Positions 38,640 through 46,666 of a stretch of DNA of 64,000 nt are shown in pieces (position 1 is the first letter of the stretch; each line of letters opens with the position of its first letter). The translations under genes were made by a program, and so were the position numbers. Location: the NCBI GenBank assembly GCA_963700985.1, contig OY969554.1, positions 1,536,001 to 1,600,000 on the forward strand. The letters are read 5' to 3'. This DNA comes from an uncultured Chlamydiales bacterium. GTDB lineage: Bacteria; Chlamydiota; Chlamydiia; Chlamydiales; Rhabdochlamydiaceae. The notes under the pieces are model-generated. The model was not told the origin of the DNA, did not search any database, and saw only the letters and a list, made by a program, of their open reading frames with translations.

Positions 38640-40799
38640 ATGGGCCGATCTCTACACAAAAGTTTTTTTGCCTGCGCCGTTTTGGCTCCTCTCTCCCTTG
38701 CAGCTCTGCAAGAGAGCTCCTCTCTATTTCATGATTTAGAGCTGGTAGAGCAGCTCAATCGGAAAATTCACGATGACCTGCCCCTCCTATATAATTATTC
38801 TTTTGTAGGGGGGTATTTTTCCATGCCCTCTGCACGCATGGCCAAAGCGGGCACAATCGCCGTGGGAGCAGCGCGCGTACCCCCTTATAACAATTACGGG
38901 GTCAACTTTCAGCTTTTCGACCATATTGAACTGGTCGGAAACTACCGCGTTTTTCGGGGGATGACCGAAAAAAACTTTGGCAACCAAGGTTTTGGAGATG
39001 ACGCGGAGCGTATTGGCAATTTTAAGATTGCCCTGCTTCTACCAGGCGATGGCTATCCCTATCTGCCGGCTCTATCGGTTGGTGCGGAGGATTTTGTCGG
39101 TACCAAGAGGTTCAATGCCAAGTATGTGGTGGTGACAAAGTCATGGCTTGAGGCGAATTTCGAGCTGACTCTCGGATGGGGAAAGGGACGAATCAAAGGC
39201 CCCTTTGGAGGCGCGGCCTGGACTCCATTTCGGCAAACTGGTTTGGCATTTCTTAAAGATCTAACTCTCTCTGCAGAATATGACGCCAATAATTACAAAA
39301 AGCACGCGCATGAGCATCCAAGAGGTCGGAAGGTCTCCTCGCGAATCAATGCGGGAATTTCTCTTTTGGCATGGGATACGCTACAACTTTCAGTAAGTTC
39401 GATTCGTGGAAAAGAGGTAGCCGGCTCGGCCTCTTTGCGCTATCCGTTGGGGACATCGCGTGGATTTTTGCCTAAGGTAAAAGACCCGCTAACTTATTGT
39501 TCGCCCGTCGACACAGAACCTCTCGGCGCGCTTCGCTCGGAACAAGAACTGGCTCATGAGCTCGCTTATGCTTTTGCGGCTCAGGGCCTCGACCTTTTCA
39601 CGGCCTATCTAATTTACAATGCTGAAGGAAAGAAAACGCTCTGGATAAAAGTGGTTAACAACCGCTATCGCGAAGAGAGCGTTGTGCGCGATCGTATCGA
39701 GCACCTCTTGGCGGCACTCACTCCCTCAGACATCGAAAGCGTCATGGTTGTTGTCGAAGCAGATGCGCTTCCGTGTCAAGCCTACTGTTTTCGTCGCGAA
39801 GACCTAATTCGCTATCAAGAAGGGATCGTGGGAAGGTTCGAGCTCGAAACATTATCCCCCATAATTGAAGCCCCCAGAGCTCCAAGCGAGTATGATTCGA
39901 CGCTGCTCTTTCATCGCCGCAAGCACATCTGGGCCTTTGCCGTAAATCCGCGCCTGCTCTCATTTTTTGGCAGCTCGAAAGGAAAATTTAAGTATGCGTT
40001 AAGTGCAGTGGCTTCACCCGATGGCTATCTCTTTGATCAGGTCTATTACAAGTTTCTATTTAGTTATAACATCAAGTCGAGCATTCAGCATTTGCATTTT
40101 CAAGATGTGCTCAATCCTTCACATCTGCTCAACGTGCGCACTGATTCTATTCGTTATTTTCAGACCAATACGCTGGCGATGGAAGAGGCCTATTTACAGA
40201 AGGGCTGGAATCTCGGTCGCGGCTGGTTTTATCGCTTTGCTGGCGGCTATTTTGAAGCAGCCTATGGCGGTCTTGCCACCGAATTTCTCTATTATCCTGT
40301 CACTTGGCCATTTGCGATTGGTGTACAAGCGGCTACGGTGCTCAAGCGGCACTACAAAGGGTTGGGGTTCATGCACAAGATTAGAAAGTATAACAAAGAG
40401 GATGATGTTACCTATGTGCCTTTTGTGGGTTGGCAGTATTTTCTCAACCTCTATTACGACTATAAGCCGCTGAATTTAGAACTCAAGGTGACAGCCGGAC
40501 AGTTTCTTGCCCGAGACATGGGCATACGCACCGAGGTGACGCGTTATTTCCGCAGCGGATTGCGCTTTTCTCTCTGGTATACTTATACGAGCGCGCGCGA
40601 TATCGTAAATGGCAAAAAATACCACGATAAGGGTTTTGCTTTTATCATTCCTTTCGACATGTTCCTGAGACAGAGCAGCCGCAAATATTTTGGCTACGGC
40701 ATGTCCGTCTGGTTGCGCGATCAAGGTGCAGAAGCCGAAACTGGACGCACGCTCTTCTCAACCCTTCAAGACGAGCGTTACAATTACGAAGATAAGTGA
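38640..40799 (+). CDS. YjbH/GfcD-family outer-membrane protein
   Basis: GGYFSMPSARM, VGAEDFVGT, LTLGWG, GYFEAAYGG..EFLYYP, GQFLARD.G, DKGFAFIIPFD. Confidence 0.8.
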   Translation: MGRSLHKSFFACAVLAPLSLAALQESSSLFHDLELVEQLNRKIHDDLPLLYNYSFVGGYFSMPSARMAKAGTIAVGAARVPPYNNYGVNFQLFDHIELVGNYRVFRGMTEKNFGNQGFGDDAERIGNFKIALLLPGDGYPYLPALSVGAEDFVGTKRFNAKYVVVTKSWLEANFELTLGWGKGRIKGPFGGAAWTPFRQTGLAFLKDLTLSAEYDANNYKKHAHEHPRGRKVSSRINAGISLLAWDTLQLSVSSIRGKEVAGSASLRYPLGTSRGFLPKVKDPLTYCSPVDTEPLGALRSEQELAHELAYAFAAQGLDLFTAYLIYNAEGKKTLWIKVVNNRYREESVVRDRIEHLLAALTPSDIESVMVVVEADALPCQAYCFRREDLIRYQEGIVGRFELETLSPIIEAPRAPSEYDSTLLFHRRKHIWAFAVNPRLLSFFGSSKGKFKYALSAVASPDGYLFDQVYYKFLFSYNIKSSIQHLHFQDVLNPSHLLNVRTDSIRYFQTNTLAMEEAYLQKGWNLGRGWFYRFAGGYFEAAYGGLATEFLYYPVTWPFAIGVQAATVLKRHYKGLGFMHKIRKYNKEDDVTYVPFVGWQYFLNLYYDYKPLNLELKVTAGQFLARDMGIRTEVTRYFRSGLRFSLWYTYTSARDIVNGKKYHDKGFAFIIPFDMFLRQSSRKYFGYGMSVWLRDQGAEAETGRTLFSTLQDERYNYEDK

Positions 40800-40898
40800 G
40801 ATCTATCGCGTTCTAGAAAAGGGTCTGAAAAAAATTTGTCTTTATGCCGACTGCCTGGTATAAGAGACCCCCGTTTTTAAGATTTTTGAGGAGAAAAT

Positions 40899-43103
40899 AT
40901 GGCATCAGCAGTCTCAAGTGCTAAACCAGCAGCAGCACTTCCTATCCCTGACGGTTTAGCAACGCTTCTTGCTTCTCCCAAAACTCCCTGGCAGATTAGT
41001 CCGAACCTCTTCGAACGCACACGTAAATTAGCTAGCAGCGATGCAACTAAACCCTATGTAGCTTGTCCTGTTTCACCCTCAGATCCTGAATATGATTTTG
41101 TCGTGAAATACTTTTTAAATCAAAAACCTCCCGGATTGGGCATTCAGAGCATCGAATGCATCCACAATCCCGTTCAGACCCAAATGTTTGAAGTTGCACT
41201 TTTAAGTATGGAAGCGGGAGCCAAGAGCTTTCCTCCTTCATGGATGAATGAAGAACCCAAGGAAGAGCGTGCGAGCACCATCGCAAGATGGAAAGCACAA
41301 ACCCTCCAGTTTTCTCCTGTTAAAATCGAATCAGCCGAGAAGACCAGAATGATCGTGACCGCCAAAGTCATCCCTCTTTGGCATGGAACTCCACGCGATG
41401 ATGCGATCTGTTCCAGCGGATTTACTTTTTTTGGAAAGTATAAATTAGCCACAACCCAGAAAGGAATTGATCCAAGCACTGATGATGGCTATTTCGGTAG
41501 CGGTGTTTATTTTACCGACAGTGCTCATTATGCCTCGATGTACAGCTCCGTCTTACTTCTCAACTGGGTCTCCATGCGCGAACCCTTTCCCGTGGTCAGC
41601 GATGTACGTATTCCAAATGTGGGATCAGATATGCGTGGACTTAGGGCAAAAGCCGCATACAAGGATTATAACTGCCACTTTATTCCCGTAACCTCAGTAG
41701 ATCCAAAAGACCCACAAAACATGATCTACCATCCCTGTCATAGCACAGAGCAGCCCGACTGGGATGAGTTTGTTGTCTTTCAGTCTGCTCAAACCCTCCC
41801 GCGTTTCAGAGTAAAGCTAGGGGTGGACTTTCCTGCCGCACCTTCAACTCCGTCCCTAAGTGTAACTGTAAAAACCCTCCAGGGCAAAATTTTAGATCTC
41901 CTTGATGAAGATCAAATCCAGCAAGATGAAGATCTTCGAATTCTTTTATCCGAAAAAGCAGATGCTCTCGGTTTAGTTTCAGACCAGAGCAGCCCACTCT
42001 CACTTCAAGATCTAGAGTTTTATAATTGGATAGAACAACTCATCAATCCGGCAGGAAAACTCCGCGGCCATGTCAAACAAAAACTCGTTCAGAAGCCCAG
42101 CAGCGAAAAACTAGAACACAAAAAACCCTCTCCTCTATCAGCAGCACCGAGTGCTCTAAGTTGGGAGCCTTCTCCATCCGCTACGGTTAGCGCCGCAACT
42201 CCAGCAAAAAAAGAAGAAAACAAGAGCTCCGTCCCTCCGCTTTCTAAAACACCTCTTGTTAAAGCTCCTAGTTTTTGGAATTCCCTTTGGAGTGGAAAAT
42301 CCACACCGAGCTTCGTAGCTCCTGCAAAGAAAGAAGAGAACAAAAGCCCTGCTCCTCCGCATTCCATGTCTCTTGCCAAAGCCTCTCCCCTAACTGCAAA
42401 AGCAGCTACCTCAGTTAGCACGGCTGATCTGAAAATGCTATTTCCAAAGCTAGAAGTTCTCGATGAGGCAATTTGGGAAACGCATGTGAATTTAGATGCT
42501 TTAGGAATGTCCATAAAAGACGCAGCGCCTATTGATGCGAACACCATCTCCGTTCTGAAAACCCTCTTTGCTTCTCTCCTGATAGAAGGAGATGCGGGAA
42601 TCACGCTTTTGACCATGCCGAGAGGGCTTACACTGAACAAGCTCGTGAAGCTTGCAGCGTTTCCTAAACAGGGCAATGAAGCTAAATTTAGGTACATTTG
42701 GGATGAAGTTTTAAAAGTGCTTGGAGACATTCCCGTTGACAAGACTTATCGAGTGGCGATCACAAACTGTGTGCTCGAAGGAAGTAGAGATTTATCTGTA
42801 GATATGCAGCACGAGCTCGTAAAGAAAATGGGCTGCGAAATGACCGGAATGTTACCGGCAGCTACGCTTGCTATTTTAACCTATATGAGTTCTCGAGAAA
42901 AATCCCCAACCCGTCTGTATAGCAATGAGCCGTATGCCTATACGCGTTGTGTAGAGCAGATTGGTGGGCCTAACTTGGTTGGGCGCAACTTGGTTGTTGG
43001 GGGCTTCATCCCGAATGGCCTCGAGATCAACTTCAGCCTCCACCACGTCCTCTATCACTTTGGCGTTGGAGGGCAGTGGACGTTCCCAGCCATTGATACT
43101 TGA
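40899..43103 (+). CDS. PARP-like ADP-ribosyltransferase domain protein with Pro/Ser/Lys linker and C-terminal putative binding domain; candidate effector
   Basis: LWHGT (H162), GYFGSGVYF (Y204) and DEFVVFQSAQ (E290) match the PARP H-Y-E signature. GAGGAG RBS; Ser/Ala-rich N-terminus. Confidence 0.8.
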   Translation: MASAVSSAKPAAALPIPDGLATLLASPKTPWQISPNLFERTRKLASSDATKPYVACPVSPSDPEYDFVVKYFLNQKPPGLGIQSIECIHNPVQTQMFEVALLSMEAGAKSFPPSWMNEEPKEERASTIARWKAQTLQFSPVKIESAEKTRMIVTAKVIPLWHGTPRDDAICSSGFTFFGKYKLATTQKGIDPSTDDGYFGSGVYFTDSAHYASMYSSVLLLNWVSMREPFPVVSDVRIPNVGSDMRGLRAKAAYKDYNCHFIPVTSVDPKDPQNMIYHPCHSTEQPDWDEFVVFQSAQTLPRFRVKLGVDFPAAPSTPSLSVTVKTLQGKILDLLDEDQIQQDEDLRILLSEKADALGLVSDQSSPLSLQDLEFYNWIEQLINPAGKLRGHVKQKLVQKPSSEKLEHKKPSPLSAAPSALSWEPSPSATVSAATPAKKEENKSSVPPLSKTPLVKAPSFWNSLWSGKSTPSFVAPAKKEENKSPAPPHSMSLAKASPLTAKAATSVSTADLKMLFPKLEVLDEAIWETHVNLDALGMSIKDAAPIDANTISVLKTLFASLLIEGDAGITLLTMPRGLTLNKLVKLAAFPKQGNEAKFRYIWDEVLKVLGDIPVDKTYRVAITNCVLEGSRDLSVDMQHELVKKMGCEMTGMLPAATLAILTYMSSREKSPTRLYSNEPYAYTRCVEQIGGPNLVGRNLVVGGFIPNGLEINFSLHHVLYHFGVGGQWTFPAIDT

Positions 43104-43156
43104 ACACTTGAGATTTGGGCTGGTCATTTCAAAAAAGAATATATAGACATTCTCAA

Positions 43157-44125
43157 CTACCTCAAGAGAGATATAACTTGGGGCGTAGCATAAGAGAGGA
43201 TAAAATCTGCTCCGGCGCGCTTCATGCACATCAGTGCTTCTAAGAAAACCGATTCGGCATCTAGATAGCCTTTTTCGTGAGCCGCCATTACCATGGCATA
43301 TTCACCTGAGACATGAAAGGCGCAGATAGGGATGTGCAGCGTCTGGCGAATTTTGCAGATGACATCTAGATAAAAAAGACCAGGCTTCACCATCAGAATA
43401 TCCGCACCCTCTTCAGCATCAAGAGTTGCTTCTAAAAGCGCTTCGCGAATATTTGCGGGATTTAACTGATATCCGCGTTTATCTCCGGAAGTTAGTTTTG
43501 AGCCTAGAGTGTCGCGGTAAGGCCTATAAAGACTCGAGGTGTATTTAGCCGTATAAGCTAAAATGCCAGTCTCGTGCTTGCCGTGCTTGTCAAGCAGGGT
43601 GCGGATTGCGCGCACTCTGCCATCCATCATGTCGCTTGGGCCAACAAAGTCTGCTCCGCAAGCGGCATGCAAGAGCGCCATGCGCGCTAATATCTCGACA
43701 GAGCGGTCATTGTCGACTTCGTTATTTTCTCCTAGTACGCCGTCGTGGCCGTGCGAGGTAAAAGCATCGAGCGCTACATCGGTGATCACACAGAGTGAAG
43801 GGAGTTCTTTTTTTAGAATTTTTAGAGCTTGCGGAACAACGCCTTCTTCACTGAGCGCGCCGAGGCCAAGCGGATCTTTTTTTTCTTTTGGTGTTACGGG
43901 AAAAAGTGCAATTGCGGGGACGCCCTTGCGGTGCAGTGCTTCAGCTTCTTGTACAAGCTGATCAACTGATAGGCGGAAAACGTTAGGCAGATTTTCGATT
44001 TCTTCACGGCGGTTTTTGCCTTCTACCACAAAAAATGGTGCCACCAAATCTGCCGCCGACAATGTAGTCTCCTCCACCATCGAGCGAATCGCCGCACTCC
44101 TTCGATTTCTTCTCGGACGTATCAT
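43157..44125 (-). CDS. hemB: Porphobilinogen synthase (Cys-less, Mg-type)
   Basis: RPRRNR, DVALDAFTSHGHDG, PSDMMDGR, MVKPG, HVSGEYAM. Confidence 0.97.
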   Translation of the reverse strand: MIRPRRNRRSAAIRSMVEETTLSAADLVAPFFVVEGKNRREEIENLPNVFRLSVDQLVQEAEALHRKGVPAIALFPVTPKEKKDPLGLGALSEEGVVPQALKILKKELPSLCVITDVALDAFTSHGHDGVLGENNEVDNDRSVEILARMALLHAACGADFVGPSDMMDGRVRAIRTLLDKHGKHETGILAYTAKYTSSLYRPYRDTLGSKLTSGDKRGYQLNPANIREALLEATLDAEEGADILMVKPGLFYLDVICKIRQTLHIPICAFHVSGEYAMVMAAHEKGYLDAESVFLEALMCMKRAGADFILSYATPQVISLLR

Positions 44126-44167
44126 AAAACCTCACCTCAATAGAGTGTTCACCGCCAAAAGATGATG

Positions 44168-44209
44168 AAATGTAAATTTAAATTCAACCATAGAGATAAA
44201 TGTACATTT
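44168..44209. promoter_or_regulatory. Candidate autoregulatory operators of the antitoxin
   Basis: Perfect palindrome AAATGTACATTT (44198-44209) and near copy AAATGTAAATTT (44168-44179). Confidence 0.4.
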
Positions 44210-44242
44210 GTTATAAATTGTCAATTTGAACAGGAGGATGCT

Positions 44243-44554
44243 ATGGCCGTTCGAAGTAGGAGAAAGGTTAAGATAATTAGACAAAAAAAGAAGAGTATTC
44301 CCAAAGTCAGAAAAGTGCGTTTAGCTATTGAATGCTCACCGGAAGAACGTAAGTACATGAAAATGTTTGCGGCGCACGAAGACCTGACTCTTAATGAATT
44401 TGTTTTAGAATGCGTGAGGATGCGATTACATAAATGTCCTCGCCCTCATATTCCTAATAAAGAGACGAAAGCTGTGTTAGAAGCTTCTGAAAAAGGTAAG
44501 GGGCTGACTTATTATGATTCTATTGAAGATTTTTTTAAGTCAATGGAACGTTAA
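44243..44554 (+). CDS. DinJ/RelB-like type II antitoxin
   Basis: AGGAGG RBS, RHH-like middle (RLAIEC...KMFAA...TLNEFV) and C-terminus IPNKETKAVLEASEKGKGL..YDSIEDFF. Confidence 0.75.
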   Translation: MAVRSRRKVKIIRQKKKSIPKVRKVRLAIECSPEERKYMKMFAAHEDLTLNEFVLECVRMRLHKCPRPHIPNKETKAVLEASEKGKGLTYYDSIEDFFKSMER

Positions 44555-44577
44555 TGTTACTTCCAATTAGGAGATAG
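44554..44577 (+). pseudogene. Stub of a YafQ/RelE-like toxin gene
   Basis: TAATG coupling to the antitoxin stop, encoding MLLPIRR*. Resembles a YafQ-type start (ML.P.R...); no continuation seen. Confidence 0.45.
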
Positions 44578-44594
44578 AATTTATTTAGGTTTCC

Positions 44595-44894
44595 ATAGAA
44601 ATGTCGGAGGTTCAGGAGAGCACTGCGTGTCCCTCTCGGAACCTCCCGCGACCTCCTTGCGCCTCATCTCGCTTCGTCAAATCGCGTGCTCGGAAGCGGT
44701 CCGTGCAGTGCACCCCTTCGGGCCCGGTTCGCTATGCTCACCTGTTTCGCATTGCAAAGGTCCACTGGACCTTTTCATGTCTTCAACAGCCCGCCGCCTT
44801 ACTGGCTTTCCTGCGCTGCAATTTTACTTTGCGATCTGAGGCGCAAGGTGGTCGCGGGAGGGGCGCCAACGGACGCACCATCCGACATGTCTAT
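44595..44894. mobile_element. Non-autonomous MITE/RPE-like palindromic element (~300 bp)
   Basis: Terminal IR atagaaatgtcgga / tccgacatgtctat (13/14). Internal IR 44642-44666 / 44837-44861 (24/25). Central palindrome AAAGGTCCA-C-TGGACCTTT. GC-rich relative to its flanks. Confidence 0.75.
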
Positions 44895-45016
44895 AGCATC
44901 CTAAAAAACTCAAATTCTCAAAAATTTCCTATTTCACCTTGAGGGAGATCTAAAAACACTTGCGTAGAGGAGGTGAATATGTTTTCATCCTCAGTAATAA
45001 CGGTTTGGAGGGCAGG

Positions 45017-46666
45017 ATGATTGAAGGCTATGAAGAGTTCACCGAGAGCCAACTAAAGATTTTGAATCGCTACGTGACTAGCACGACTAGCAATGTCTTC
45101 GTGTTGCGCAATCTGCCGGAAGTCATTAAGGGAGCGCTCTTTTCGCGCTACTCGCGTTCGAGCTTAGGGCTACGCTCTTTGCTGTTAAAAGAGTTTATTT
45201 TAAGCGAAGAGACAGCTTTTGCCACCATCGCAGGCGCTTCAAATTCTCAAGGAGATGAAGAGCGTGAGATGGAAGATCAGACGATGGCCATCAAAAAAGC
45301 ACAAAATTTCTACGACCGCATTCTCGATGGTTATGGCGACGATTCAATTGGAGAATTGGGCGGAGCACACCTGGCGATTGAAAATGTTTCTATGCTGGCA
45401 GCTAAGATGCTCGAAGATAGCCGCATCGGGGGCTCGCCTCTTGAAAAATCTACTCGCTATATTTATTTCGATCAGAAGCTCAATGGAGAGTATCTCTTTT
45501 ATCGCGAACCGATCTTGATGACCTCTGCTTTTCGCGATGTTTATCTCGATACGTGTAACCAGCTATTTGATACCTATTCTCACTTAATCCCTCAGCTAAC
45601 CGAAGTGATGGAGAAACGTTTTCCAAAAGAGCATGATGTTTCGAAAGTGGCTTATACAGCGGCCTTGCGCGCCAAAGTGTTAGACTGTTTGCGTGGTCTT
45701 TTGCCAGCCAGTGCGCTTACGAACATGGGGATTTACGGCAACGGACGTTTCTTTGAAACTCTCATCCAGAAACTCAACTGCAATAGTCTAGCTGAGAATC
45801 AAGATATCGGGAAAAAGACCTTTGCAGAGCTTTCAAAAGTCATTCCGTCGTTCATTCGACGCGGAGATAGTGGCCACAAATACTGTAAAAGCTTCTTAGC
45901 GTTTAACGAACAGGTGCAAGGAGAACTCAAATCCTTGGCCGATCGCCATACGCAGAATCTTGGAAAAATGTCCGGGCCAGGCGTTCGTCTAATCAGCTAC
46001 GATCCTGAAAGCCCACAAAAAGTTGCGGCAGCGCTGCTTTTTGCAGGCACCTCAACGGGTCTTTTTGAACTTCAAGAGTTTTGCAATCATCTTTCTGAAG
46101 AAGAGCTTGGCCATATTCTAGATGCAGCCTCTTCTTTCCGTGAAAATCGCCGGCACAAATCTCCACGTGCTCTTGAGCACGCGACTTTCACATTTGAAGT
46201 CGTATCTGATTTCGGCGTCTATCGCGATTTGCACCGCCATCGCATTCTCACCCAAGAAAGACAGCTGCTCTCTTGCAACTTTGGCTATTACATTCCGCCA
46301 GAGATCAAAGATACCGAGATGGAAAAAGAGTATTGTGCAGCGCTTGATCGTGCAAAGAAAGTTTACGATAAGATTGCAGCTGAGCTTCCTGAAGAAGCGC
46401 AGTATGCGGTCCCGATGGCCTACAATGTGCACTGGTATTTCCATGTAAACTTGCGCTCGCTTCAGTGGCTATGTGAGCTGCGTTCATCGCCAGCTGGTCA
46501 TCCAACATATCGTTATATTGCCCAAGAACTTGCTAAACAGGTGATTGCCGTTTTCCCTCAATTCGAGCGTTTTTTCAAATTTGTTGATTACGAAGGATAT
46601 GAGCTGGGAAGATTGGGACAAGAGATCCGGATCGTTGAAAAAATGCAAGTGAGACAGGGTGTATGA
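45017..46666 (+). CDS. thyX: FAD-dependent thymidylate synthase, tandem-domain chlamydial form
   Basis: ALFSRYSRS, GYGDDSIGELG, EKSTRY, RDLHRHR..TQERQ, ELRS...GH..YR. The ORF track starts at 44960; the likely ATG is 45017. Confidence 0.92.
   Translation: MIEGYEEFTESQLKILNRYVTSTTSNVFVLRNLPEVIKGALFSRYSRSSLGLRSLLLKEFILSEETAFATIAGASNSQGDEEREMEDQTMAIKKAQNFYDRILDGYGDDSIGELGGAHLAIENVSMLAAKMLEDSRIGGSPLEKSTRYIYFDQKLNGEYLFYREPILMTSAFRDVYLDTCNQLFDTYSHLIPQLTEVMEKRFPKEHDVSKVAYTAALRAKVLDCLRGLLPASALTNMGIYGNGRFFETLIQKLNCNSLAENQDIGKKTFAELSKVIPSFIRRGDSGHKYCKSFLAFNEQVQGELKSLADRHTQNLGKMSGPGVRLISYDPESPQKVAAALLFAGTSTGLFELQEFCNHLSEEELGHILDAASSFRENRRHKSPRALEHATFTFEVVSDFGVYRDLHRHRILTQERQLLSCNFGYYIPPEIKDTEMEKEYCAALDRAKKVYDKIAAELPEEAQYAVPMAYNVHWYFHVNLRSLQWLCELRSSPAGHPTYRYIAQELAKQVIAVFPQFERFFKFVDYEGYELGRLGQEIRIVEKMQVRQGV

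Noticed and set aside
42089-42742. 217-aa minus-strand ORF
   Set aside because: Antisense shadow of the low-complexity linker of the 734-aa gene; no motifs.
40899-44900. Complete DGR cassette in this window
   Set aside because: No reverse transcriptase, Avd or second copy of the variable-like region found by eye; only a possible remote target is reported.
44601-44942. Three overlapping short ORFs
   Set aside because: They lie within the GC-rich palindromic element; no RBS or protein motifs.
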